A stretch of 63,756 nt of DNA from Nanobdellota archaeon. Its GTDB lineage: Archaea > Nanobdellota > Nanobdellia > Woesearchaeales > JAHIVG01. The translations under genes and the position numbers were made by a program. Under the pieces are notes generated by a model that ran no database searches, was not told where the DNA came from, and saw only the letters and a program-made list of their open reading frames with translations. Positions 10,257 through 19,104 of the stretch are shown here, in pieces. Where the stretch lies: contig JAHIVG010000004.1 of the NCBI GenBank assembly GCA_018816705.1, forward strand, positions 1 through 63,756. Reading direction: 5' to 3'. The first letter of the stretch is position 1. Each line of letters begins with the position of its first letter.

Positions 10257-10552
10257 TGAGGGTGAGGTACAAGCTCTGGCTGGAGCACAAGGGCGAGCCC
10301 CTGCTCGGAGAGGGCCGTTATAGCATACTGAAGCTGCTCGAGGAGACGAATTCTGTCCAGCGCACAGCAGCTGTCCTGAGCATCGCTCCCAAGACTATAT
10401 ACAACTACATCAGCCGCATGGAATCCAGGCTTGGCAAGGACATCCTGATAGCCAAGAAGGGCGGTAGGCTCGGAGGAGCGAAGGTCTTCCTCACGCCGGC
10501 GGGCAAGAGGCTTATTGCCGAATATGAGGAAGCGAAGAAGAGGTTCAGATGA
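10253..10552 (+). CDS. modE: ModE-family winged-helix regulator (N-terminal domain only)
   Basis: KLWLE..GE.LLGEGRY.IL..LEET.S...A and GG..GG...LT..G pattern; heads a Moco operon. Confidence 0.85.
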   Translation: MMRVRYKLWLEHKGEPLLGEGRYSILKLLEETNSVQRTAAVLSIAPKTIYNYISRMESRLGKDILIAKKGGRLGGAKVFLTPAGKRLIAEYEEAKKRFR

Positions 10553-11796
10553 TAGATTACCTGCGCGTATCGATAACCGGAAGGTGCAATCTCAGCTGCG
10601 ACTACTGCCACAGGGAAGGCAATTCCGACACTTCCGACTTAAGTCTTGATAAATTCAAGGAGATAATCAAGGCCGCGCATGATACCGGCTTCCGCAAGCT
10701 GAAGCTCACCGGAGGGGAGCCGTTGCTCCATCCCCATCTGATCGACATGATAAGCTCAGCCAAGAGCACAGGCTTCAAGGACATCTCGCTCGTCACAAAC
10801 GGACTGATGTTACACGAGAAGGCAGAAGCCCTCAGAGCTGTCGGCTTAGACAGGCTGAACATCGGCTGTGATTCTCTCACCGGTCCGAGCGGCAAGACCG
10901 TCCAGAAGATTTCCGCAGGATTGAGGTCAGCGAAAGAAGCAGGCTTTGATCCGGTCAAGCTGAACATGGTCGTGCTGAAAGGCATCAACGACCATAAGAT
11001 CCAGGACATGATATCCTTCGCAGCCGAGAACGATGTCATGCTGCAGCTGATAGAGCTCATCCCGTTGGGCTGCAGCCCTGATTTCTTCAAGAGGCATTTC
11101 TTCTCCCTCGACGATGTCGAGAAGGATCTGTCAAAAGGTGCTGACAAGACTGTTGAGAGAGGGATGCAGGGAAGGAAGCAATATCATTACCAAGGTGCAA
11201 TTGTCGAGGTAGTTGGCCCGCATAAGGATGATTTCTGCGCTAACTGCACAAAGCTCAGGGTGGACAACCATGGCTTCATCAAGCCATGCCTGAAGGATGA
11301 CACGCTCATCGACTTCAACGGCCAGGACTCATTGAAGCTCGCGATAAAGATGAAGGAGGTAAAAAAAATGATAGACATATCATCGAAGGAGATTACGCCA
11401 AGGACTGCCTCGGCGTCTGGAAGGATAGTGCTGAAGAAAGCCACGATGGATACCATAAAGCAGAAGAAGATAAAGAAGGGAGACCCGTTCGAGGCCTCTA
11501 AGACAGCGGCCATGTACGCTGTGAAGAACACCCATAACCTGATACCTTACTGCCACCCGCTGCCGGTCGAGTCGGTCAAGATGGATTTCGAGATGCTGGA
11601 CGACGGGATAAGGATGGTCATCACTGTCAAGGCCCGCTACCGCACCGGCGTGGAGATGGAAGCATTGAACGGGGTGCTCATAGGCCTCTCGACCATCTGG
11701 GACATGGTGAAGTATCTCGAGAAAGACAGCAAGGGACAATATCCTGACACCAGGATCACTGATGTCCGCATCGATGAGAAGACCAAGGGGGCATGA
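10549..11796 (+). CDS. moaA-moaC: GTP 3',8-cyclase MoaA fused in frame to cPMP synthase MoaC
   Basis: YLRVSIT.RCNLSCDYC, TGGEPLL and C-terminal CxxC-x13-C cluster (MoaA); MIDIS.K, LIPYCHP and TGVEMEAL (MoaC, from 11368). Confidence 0.93.
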   Translation: MIDYLRVSITGRCNLSCDYCHREGNSDTSDLSLDKFKEIIKAAHDTGFRKLKLTGGEPLLHPHLIDMISSAKSTGFKDISLVTNGLMLHEKAEALRAVGLDRLNIGCDSLTGPSGKTVQKISAGLRSAKEAGFDPVKLNMVVLKGINDHKIQDMISFAAENDVMLQLIELIPLGCSPDFFKRHFFSLDDVEKDLSKGADKTVERGMQGRKQYHYQGAIVEVVGPHKDDFCANCTKLRVDNHGFIKPCLKDDTLIDFNGQDSLKLAIKMKEVKKMIDISSKEITPRTASASGRIVLKKATMDTIKQKKIKKGDPFEASKTAAMYAVKNTHNLIPYCHPLPVESVKMDFEMLDDGIRMVITVKARYRTGVEMEALNGVLIGLSTIWDMVKYLEKDSKGQYPDTRITDVRIDEKTKGA

Positions 11797-11797
11797 C

Positions 11798-12301
11798 ATG
11801 GACATACCGTCTCTGCACAAGAGAGATGCGCCGAAGACGGCGTCAGCAGCCATAATCACGGTCTCCAGCCGTTTTTCAGGGGAGAAGGGTGATGCCGGTG
11901 GGGATCTGATAGAGAGGATGCTCAAAGATGCTCATATCCAGGTTGTCTCAAGGGACCGGGTTCCTGACGAGCTAGAGCTGATAACCGAGAGAATAAGAAA
12001 CTCGGCAGAGAAGGCCGATCTGATCATAACTACCGGCGGCACAGGACTTTCCAAAGATGATTTTACTGTTGAAGCGGCCCATCCATTGTTCGACAAGGAG
12101 CTGAAGGCATTTCATGTCCTGTTCACCCAGCTGAGCCATGGGCAGATAGGCAGCTCAGCTGTGATGTCCAACGCGACAGCAGGGATCATCGGCAATTCTG
12201 TCTGCTTCTGCCTTCCAGGCAGCCCGGATGCGTGCAGGCTTGCGCTGGAGAAGATAATCCTCCCTGAGATATCCCACATCAAGCAACAGGTGAGAAAATG
12301 A
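11798..12301 (+). CDS. moaB: MogA/MoaB-family molybdopterin adenylyltransferase
   Basis: IITVS, VPDE, TTGGTG.S..D.T.EA and LPGSP motifs. Confidence 0.9.
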   Translation: MDIPSLHKRDAPKTASAAIITVSSRFSGEKGDAGGDLIERMLKDAHIQVVSRDRVPDELELITERIRNSAEKADLIITTGGTGLSKDDFTVEAAHPLFDKELKAFHVLFTQLSHGQIGSSAVMSNATAGIIGNSVCFCLPGSPDACRLALEKIILPEISHIKQQVRK

Positions 12302-13128
12302 AAAGGACAACATTATTTGTTACAGTTTTTTCCTTGTTGGTCGTGCTCGGCGGAATCTATGCCGTAATGACGCCCGAGGAGAAAATCCTCCGCCTGGCCA
12401 CGACGACAAGCACATATGATTCTGGATTGCTGGATTACATAATCCCTGTGTTCGAAGAAAAGTACAACATTGAAGTTCAGATAATTTCTGTTGGAACAGG
12501 CCAGGCGATCACGAATGGCGAGAGAGGCGACGTTGATGTTATAATGGTTCATTCACCTGAGGCTGAACTCAAGTTCATTGACAAAAGATATGGCATTGAC
12601 AGGTACTGCGTGATGTATAACGACTTCGTGATTGTCGGACCTGCAGAGGATCCAGCAGGCATAAAAGGCATGAACATCAAAGATGCGATGGGCGTCATCT
12701 CTGACCAGGAGGCCATATTTGTGTCGAGGGGTGATGACTCAGGCACACACAAGAAAGAGCTGAAGCTCTGGAAAGCATCAGGTATGATGCCGGCTGGAAG
12801 CTGGTACCTGGAGTCAGGCGACGGCATGGGGATGACGTTGCAGCTTGCGTCTGAAAAAGGCGCTTATACGCTTACTGACAGGGCGACCTTCACCTTCAGG
12901 AAAAAGACTCTTGACCTTGAGATACTTGTCGATGGCGACATCGGATTGCTGAACCCTTATGGCATAATCGCTGTCAACCCGGATATGCATCCTTCCGTAG
13001 ACTATGAATCAGCGACAGATTTCATCGACTGGTTCAAGGAGCCTTTGACACAGCAGCTTATTGCTCAATACCGAGTTGATGGTGAGCAGCTTTTCACGCC
13101 CCTGAACGGCGAATGCATCGGAGGCTAG
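12298..13128 (+). CDS. tupA: Tungstate ABC transporter substrate-binding protein
   Basis: N-terminal membrane anchor; LRLATTTSTYDSGLL, VGTGQA and FVSRGDDSGTH signatures. Confidence 0.92.
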   Translation: MKRTTLFVTVFSLLVVLGGIYAVMTPEEKILRLATTTSTYDSGLLDYIIPVFEEKYNIEVQIISVGTGQAITNGERGDVDVIMVHSPEAELKFIDKRYGIDRYCVMYNDFVIVGPAEDPAGIKGMNIKDAMGVISDQEAIFVSRGDDSGTHKKELKLWKASGMMPAGSWYLESGDGMGMTLQLASEKGAYTLTDRATFTFRKKTLDLEILVDGDIGLLNPYGIIAVNPDMHPSVDYESATDFIDWFKEPLTQQLIAQYRVDGEQLFTPLNGECIGG

Positions 13129-13131
13129 GTA

Positions 13132-13830
13132 ATGGGAGTCATTATCGAGGGATTTGTCGAAGCATCGCGCCTGATACTGACCCTTGACCCTGAAATAGTC
13201 GCAATAACCTGGTTATCGCTCAAGGTCTCTGTATCGGCTGTCGTACTAGGCTTCATTCTTGCAATGCCTATTGCATTGGCCCTTTCTTTCTACAATTTTC
13301 CCGGCAAGCAGTTTTTGGTGAACATTGTCAACACTTTGATGGGGCTCCCGCCAGTGGTTGTAGGACTTTTCGTCTACCTGATCCTCTCTGCGTCAGGGCC
13401 ACTTGGTTTCATGCAGCTGCTCTACTCGCCGGCTGCCATGATCATAGCCCAGCTCATAATCGTCATCCCGATAATTGCTGCGATAAGCTATAACTCAATT
13501 TCCTCGTTGGATTCCAGGCTGAAGGAGACAGCAGTATCCCTTGGAGCAAATAATCTCCAGGCGATGTGGCTTCTCATAATGGAAGCGCGGAAAGGGATCG
13601 TGACATCCATAATTGCTGGCTTCGGAGCCGCCATATCAGAAGTCGGTGCGATATTCATAGTCGGCGGAAACATAAGGTTTCACACAAGGGCATTGACCAC
13701 TGCAATAATGCTCGAGACAAGGAGGGGGCAGTTTGAGCTGGCGATTGCGTTAGGGATAATCCTTTTGGCAATGGCTTTCGCTGTCAACATCATACTCACA
13801 AGATACCAAGCGAGGGGCATCCCGAGATGA
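13132..13830 (+). CDS. tupB: Tungstate ABC transporter permease
   Basis: MGLPPVVVGL, ISEVGA and VGGNI...TR.LTTAI motifs. Confidence 0.92.
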   Translation: MGVIIEGFVEASRLILTLDPEIVAITWLSLKVSVSAVVLGFILAMPIALALSFYNFPGKQFLVNIVNTLMGLPPVVVGLFVYLILSASGPLGFMQLLYSPAAMIIAQLIIVIPIIAAISYNSISSLDSRLKETAVSLGANNLQAMWLLIMEARKGIVTSIIAGFGAAISEVGAIFIVGGNIRFHTRALTTAIMLETRRGQFELAIALGIILLAMAFAVNIILTRYQARGIPR

Positions 13831-14531
13831 TACTTGAGTTAAAAGGGATTACGAAGACGTATGGGCAGCAGAAAGTGCTTGACTCTGTCTGTTTTTCAGT
13901 AGGAAAGCCAGAATTCTTCACGATCCTTGGCCCTAGCGGGGCTGGGAAGACCACACTCCTGAAGATAATCACCGGGTTCATCAGTTCAAGCGGTACTGTT
14001 CATTTCAAGGGCAGGAGATTAAACAATGGCTTCCCTGAAGGCATGGTCATAGGATTCCAGAACCCTATAATGTTCAACACTTCCGTCTTCAACAACATTA
14101 CTTACGGCCTGAAGATAAGGAAAAAGACAAGCAATTACATTGAGGGGAAGCTCAGGGATGTTCTCCATATCGTGCGGATAAACGATCTTAAGAGAAATGC
14201 CCTTAGCCTTTCTGGCGGAGAGGTACAAAGGGTGGCGCTGGCAAGGCTCTTGATGTTGGATCCCGAGCTCATACTGCTGGACGAGCCTACGGCGCACCTG
14301 GACCCGAGCAACGTTGGCAACATAGAGCATATCCTCCATAAAGTCAATAAGGAGATGGGCAAGACCATAATACTCGCCACCCACAACATCAACCAGGCAA
14401 AAAGGTTGTCTGACAGGCTTATGCTCCTAATCGATGGCAGGACCGTGGAGATTTCTGACAATGAGACCTTTTTCAATAAGCCCAAAAGCGCCGAGACGTC
14501 GAGATTTCTGAAAGGTGATATCGTATGGTAA
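13827..14531 (+). CDS. tupC: ABC transporter ATP-binding subunit
   Basis: Walker A GPSGAGKTT, LSGGE signature, Walker B LLDEP, H-loop. Confidence 0.9.
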   Translation: MILELKGITKTYGQQKVLDSVCFSVGKPEFFTILGPSGAGKTTLLKIITGFISSSGTVHFKGRRLNNGFPEGMVIGFQNPIMFNTSVFNNITYGLKIRKKTSNYIEGKLRDVLHIVRINDLKRNALSLSGGEVQRVALARLLMLDPELILLDEPTAHLDPSNVGNIEHILHKVNKEMGKTIILATHNINQAKRLSDRLMLLIDGRTVEISDNETFFNKPKSAETSRFLKGDIVW

Positions 14532-15733
14532 AGCAGGGCTTTGGGGAACTGGCAGGCGCAAAGGAAGCGCTGAAGATCGCCATGTCCATTTGCAGGCCGC
14601 TTCCAGGGGAATCTTGCAGGGTCGAGGATTGCCTAGGAAGGGTTCTATCATCAGATGTCAAAGCGGGGATTGATGTCCCGCATTTCAACAAATCTGCCAT
14701 GGACGGTTATGCTGTGGTCGCATCTGACATCTTTGGCGCGAGCAACACGGATCCGATATCCCTCAAGCTGGTTGAGAAGATAGATGCAGGCAAAGTCCCG
14801 AAAAAAGCATTAACGAAAGGCTTATGCTCTGAGATTGCTACCGGCGCACCAATGCCTGTGGGTGCTGATGCAGTGGTGATGGTTGAATACACCGAGGCTG
14901 ACAAGGGCATTGTCAAGGTCTACAAGAGCATTGCTCCGGGCCAGAACGTCAACAAGGTCGGGAGCGACATAAGGAAAGGCTCTGTCGTCCTGAATAAAGG
15001 TATTCTTATCAAGCCGAGGCATTCCGGGGTCATGACCGCGCTGGGCCTGCAGGAAATCAAGGTCAAGACCAGGATAAAGGTCGCAATCATCTCCACCGGA
15101 GACGAAATAATCGAACCGGGCGAAAAGTTGGAGCCCGGCAGGATATATGACATAAACTCGCGGACAATCATCGACGCTGTCAAGGAATATGGTGCAATCC
15201 CTGTCTTCCTAGGGATAGCTAGGGATGACAAAGCAGATTACAAAGAAAAAATCCTCAAAGGCGTGGGAGAGGCTGATATTATCCTTCTTTCCGGCAGCTC
15301 ATCCCTCGGCGCAGAAGACATAATGACCGATGTCCTGGCAGATATCGGGAAGATACATGTCCATGGCATCGCGGTCAAGCCAGGCAAGCCGACAGTCATC
15401 GCTGAAGTCAAGGATAAGCTGGTGATCGGCCTCCCTGGATATCCGACGAGCGCGTTGTCCAATTTCTACATCATCGTCAGACCCGTCTTTGACTCAATGC
15501 TCGGAGTGAAGAGGAAAGGCGGATTCGTGCATGTAAAACTCTCGAGAAAGGTAGCCTCCACTATCGGCAGGCACGAATTCCTGGCAGTCAAATTAGATAA
15601 GGGCCTTGCAGTACCGGTGCAAAGGGGCTCATCTGCGATTACTACGCTTTCTGAAGCAGATGGCTTCATCGAGATCCCAAACAATGTCGAGGTGCTGGAG
15701 AAAGGAGAACAGGTTGAGGTGAGGCTGTTTTGA
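14525..15733 (+). CDS. moeA: Molybdopterin molybdenum/tungsten transferase
   Basis: SAMDGYAV, TGAPMP.GADAVVM.E, STGDE, KPGKP and GLPGYP motifs. Confidence 0.95.
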   Translation: MVKQGFGELAGAKEALKIAMSICRPLPGESCRVEDCLGRVLSSDVKAGIDVPHFNKSAMDGYAVVASDIFGASNTDPISLKLVEKIDAGKVPKKALTKGLCSEIATGAPMPVGADAVVMVEYTEADKGIVKVYKSIAPGQNVNKVGSDIRKGSVVLNKGILIKPRHSGVMTALGLQEIKVKTRIKVAIISTGDEIIEPGEKLEPGRIYDINSRTIIDAVKEYGAIPVFLGIARDDKADYKEKILKGVGEADIILLSGSSSLGAEDIMTDVLADIGKIHVHGIAVKPGKPTVIAEVKDKLVIGLPGYPTSALSNFYIIVRPVFDSMLGVKRKGGFVHVKLSRKVASTIGRHEFLAVKLDKGLAVPVQRGSSAITTLSEADGFIEIPNNVEVLEKGEQVEVRLF

Positions 15734-16176
15734 CAGGGAAAATAATCTCAATAAACATCAGTGAGAAGAAAGGCACTCCCAAGGACCCTGTCGACGAGGC
15801 AGAGCTGAGGGTTGATCATGGCATAGTGGGCGATGCGCACGCCGGCCCGGGCATAAGGCAGGTATCTCTCATGGCGTCCGAGGACATAGAGGAGTTCAAG
15901 AGAACGGCAGCATCCAAGGTCTGCATCAAGCATGGCATCTTCGGGGAAAACTTGACCACTGAAGGTATAGACCTCGAAAAACTGCAGATCGGCGACAGGC
16001 TAAAGGTCGGCGAGGCCATCATCGAGATCACCAAGAAAGGCAAGGAATGCCACATCCCTTGCTCCATCGGCAGGACAGTTGGAAAATGCATCATGCCCGA
16101 GAAGGGTGTGTTCGGGAAGGTGTTGAAGGGTGGGATGATAAGTAAAGGCGATCAGATCAGGAAAATCGTCTCTTAA
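15730..16176 (+). CDS. MOSC-domain protein
   Basis: G..GDAHAG, RQVSL, FGENLTT, GKECH..C and CIMP..GVF motifs; TTG start overlapping the moeA stop. Confidence 0.9.
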   Translation: MTGKIISINISEKKGTPKDPVDEAELRVDHGIVGDAHAGPGIRQVSLMASEDIEEFKRTAASKVCIKHGIFGENLTTEGIDLEKLQIGDRLKVGEAIIEITKKGKECHIPCSIGRTVGKCIMPEKGVFGKVLKGGMISKGDQIRKIVS

Positions 16177-16925
16177 AGCCTCATCTTCTGCCACCTGGTC
16201 AGCATCGGCCTCTGTATGGTCTGCTCATAGGCCTTGTCCAGGTTCACAAGATGCCATTCCAATTCTTTCCTCGCCTTCTCGACAGGGATTCTCTGCTCGA
16301 CAAAAGCCTCATAATCCATCCTCAGAGGGTTCCCGAAGTTCCGCAGGCAGACACTCTGCCATGCCTGCTGGTGTAAGAGATAACCTACTTTATTCAGGTC
16401 ATCGATCCTATATTTGAGATATTCCTCGGGATTGTCCTTGAAAGGGATGAGTTCTCTCACCCTGTCCTCTGCTGTCTGCACATGATCCCTGACCACGCCT
16501 TCTGCATCCGTGACCGGCTCGAAATAAATCATCTTTTCTTTCATCTGCCCATCTTCCTCACAGGAGATGATAGCCTTGCTTTCTTCGGCGATCAGGGGCC
16601 CTTCAACGTATTCCCCCATAATGATGACCTGACTGATGTCGCTCCATCCGAATCCTGCGGGCTTGGGCCATTCGTAAGCATCATCCTGGAGGTATTGCGG
16701 CACGAGCATGCTCTTGCACACCGTATCCCTGAATAGGTAGAATCCGTACAGGATGTAACTCATGACCTCTCCAACATCTCCGGTCTCTTCCAGATGCTGT
16801 TTCGCGGAGTCGACCATGGCCTTGGGGATGAACCTCATCCGGCTCTCAAACGGCTCCAGCTTCTTCCCATAAGCCATTCCGCTCAGCTGGCTCGCAGATA
16901 ATTCCTTTGGTTTTCGCTTGAACAT
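16173..16925 (-). CDS. Hypothetical protein
   Basis: 250-aa ORF filling the gap, divergent from the 17000 gene. Confidence 0.7.
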   Translation of the reverse strand: MFKRKPKELSASQLSGMAYGKKLEPFESRMRFIPKAMVDSAKQHLEETGDVGEVMSYILYGFYLFRDTVCKSMLVPQYLQDDAYEWPKPAGFGWSDISQVIIMGEYVEGPLIAEESKAIISCEEDGQMKEKMIYFEPVTDAEGVVRDHVQTAEDRVRELIPFKDNPEEYLKYRIDDLNKVGYLLHQQAWQSVCLRNFGNPLRMDYEAFVEQRIPVEKARKELEWHLVNLDKAYEQTIQRPMLTRWQKMRL

Positions 16926-16963
16926 GAAGGGGGGTATGTCCAGGTGATATATTAATCATTGTA

Positions 16964-16977
16964 GAAACCTTTAAATA
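16964..16977 (+). promoter_or_regulatory. Putative BRE-TATA promoter
   Basis: GAAACCTTTAAATA 22 nt before ATG 17000. Confidence 0.5.
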
Positions 16978-16999
16978 ACTCGATTCCACTGTTTCTGGC

Positions 17000-17545
17000 A
17001 TGAAGGAGCATTTCCATGCCATCAAGGACAAGTACGACGGCTTCTACAGGAAGATGATGAAGGACGGCATGCTACCCATGCGCTCCACTGACACAGGCTT
17101 CTGGCACGCGAGCATCAACCATGAGGTCTTCGAGGCCTTCCAGAAGATAGGCATCCACAAGGGCAAGCGCTTCTTGGATCTGGGGAGCGGAGACGGCTCT
17201 GTGGTTCTGATAGCCTCTCTATTCGGCCCGAAATGCGTCGGAGTGGAATCCGATGAGTGGCTCGTCATGGTGTCGAAGCGTATCCAGGGCGAACTTAAGC
17301 ATCTGCCAAAGGTCCCTACTGCATCCTTCATCAACCAGGACTTCATGTCCTACCCGGTGCACGGCTTCGACTTCATCTACCTCTGCCCTGACACCCCTCT
17401 CTACAGGGGATTAGAGACCAAGCTGCTGGATGAGATGAAGGGAAAACTTATCCTGTACGGCAACAACTTCTTCCCCCAGCACCTGAAAGAAGAGCAGAGC
17501 TTCGACGTCAACGGCACCAGGGTCGGGGTCTATAAGAAAGAATAA
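17000..17545 (+). CDS. Class I SAM-dependent methyltransferase
   Basis: FLDLGSGDG motif I followed by VGVE. Confidence 0.85.
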   Translation: MKEHFHAIKDKYDGFYRKMMKDGMLPMRSTDTGFWHASINHEVFEAFQKIGIHKGKRFLDLGSGDGSVVLIASLFGPKCVGVESDEWLVMVSKRIQGELKHLPKVPTASFINQDFMSYPVHGFDFIYLCPDTPLYRGLETKLLDEMKGKLILYGNNFFPQHLKEEQSFDVNGTRVGVYKKE

Positions 17546-17549
17546 AAAA

Positions 17550-18026
17550 TTAAGGCTCGCAGCATAACGCTGCTGCAACTAGATGATCAGCAGAAAAGCA
17601 GCTCCCGTCATCTCTCTGCAGCTCGAAATTGCATTGCCATGCATGCGATGTCGTCGGTCCGCTCTCAAGGACTTCCGGCCTTGGTTCAGCCAAGTTGGAG
17701 AAACATCCGCCGTTGATCACAAAGTCACTACCGCAGATGGCAGTGACCCTCTTTGAACAAGTGCCATCATCGGTATCAATATTATGTGACCAATGGCAAT
17801 TCTCGGCGATGTTGTAACCATCGCTATCATACACACCGCCACCTCCTCCTGCTGAGATGGGATAAGCTGCTTTCCCGGCCAGGCCGTGCTCGTTACGGCC
17901 CACCATCAGGCCGACGGCGAATATCGCCAGGAACGTGCCGATTACCGCCACGATCGGGAGGATGTGATGATAGTCGAAATGATGGGATTTCGCAGCCTTC
18001 TTCTTCACGCTTCTTCTCTTCGCCAT
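17550..18026 (-). CDS. Membrane-anchored Cys-rich surface protein
   Basis: Start MAKRR at 18026 after GAGGTGA SD; basic N-terminus, one TM helix, Cys-rich C-terminal domain ending ALCCEP. Confidence 0.75.
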   Translation of the reverse strand: MAKRRSVKKKAAKSHHFDYHHILPIVAVIGTFLAIFAVGLMVGRNEHGLAGKAAYPISAGGGGGVYDSDGYNIAENCHWSHNIDTDDGTCSKRVTAICGSDFVINGGCFSNLAEPRPEVLESGPTTSHAWQCNFELQRDDGSCFSADHLVAAALCCEP

Positions 18027-18036
18027 GGTCTCACCT

Positions 18037-18939
18037 CTATGGGGAGCAGCACACGCAGTTGTAAGTAGTGATACTAGATGGACCGCCACTCCATTGCATT
18101 GTGCATCCAAACAACTCTGATCTGTCCCGGAAATTAGTTTCATAGTTTTGCTCCAGGTGACCGAGCATACAGGTCATATCAATATCCTCACAGACCTCAT
18201 TACAATTACTTTCCGTTGCAAAGGGCGAACTATCATCAACCACTCGAACAGCACAATCATTAAGGATATCAAGGACATCCTGACCGTTTAAACCTCCAGC
18301 CTGACCATTACAGGGTGTGTCACTTCTTATCAAGTGCCCGGTCGAGTTCACGCAGACATATGCTGTGCCATCGCCTTCCATCGCATCGACTCGAAGAGTA
18401 TCATCTCCCACTAAACGAACAAAGTCCGCAAATGAAACTCCGCCGGTAAAATCGGATCCTGATGGTCCCATTACGGTTATTCCTTCCCAAAAATCCGCTA
18501 CATCATGGAAAACGGCATCTTCAAAAAAATCAGCATGAGAATAAAAATATACATCAGAAGAATCTTGAAATGTTATTTCAGAGTCAAATTCAACAACTCC
18601 TCTAATATTTGTCAAGCCATCCTCAGTAACCTTAAACAGAGGTTCGCCCCATAGTGTACCGACATTGAGCGAGTCGGATATTGTGGCAGAGGTCATCTCA
18701 CACACACCGTCAGCAGTGCATTCATGAGCGTTGATCTCGCTTCCGCCGCTCGGCCCGGCAGAGATCGAATATATCCTCTGGCCGACAGTGTTGCCGGAAT
18801 CGGTTTTCGTTGTCCCGATCATCATCCCCACAAGGAACACTATCACCATCATGCCGATGATGAGTATCCAGGGCAGCTTGCCATGCAGATTATTGACTTT
18901 GTTTACCTTCCTTACCGCCTTCTTCGCCAAGAGAATCAC
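18037..18939 (-). CDS. Membrane-anchored Cys-rich surface protein with beta-rich spacer
   Basis: Basic N-terminus, TM helix, short F-x6-type repeats, C-terminus CVCCSP; start uncertain (TTG near 18930 possible). Confidence 0.75.
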   Translation of the reverse strand: MILLAKKAVRKVNKVNNLHGKLPWILIIGMMVIVFLVGMMIGTTKTDSGNTVGQRIYSISAGPSGGSEINAHECTADGVCEMTSATISDSLNVGTLWGEPLFKVTEDGLTNIRGVVEFDSEITFQDSSDVYFYSHADFFEDAVFHDVADFWEGITVMGPSGSDFTGGVSFADFVRLVGDDTLRVDAMEGDGTAYVCVNSTGHLIRSDTPCNGQAGGLNGQDVLDILNDCAVRVVDDSSPFATESNCNEVCEDIDMTCMLGHLEQNYETNFRDRSELFGCTMQWSGGPSSITTYNCVCCSP

Positions 18940-19104
18940 CTCAGTTTTACAATATTTATAAGTAATTATGACATAATTTGTATATAAATGTTTCTATTTT
19001 CCACCTAGGTTACTAATTTAGTATACCAATATACTAATTATTACTATAATCAAGGGTGATTATCGCCACAATCTTTTTATACAAAACCCCACAACAACCG
19101 AAGC

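Noticed and set aside
18027..18143. Extended start of the 17550 ORF
   Set aside because: Overlaps the upstream gene; the SD supports 18026
18940..19104. AT-rich tract with short TACTAATT repeats, and similar tracts at 23580-23660 and 23890-23955
   Set aside because: Not regularly spaced; best explained as promoter regions, not CRISPR
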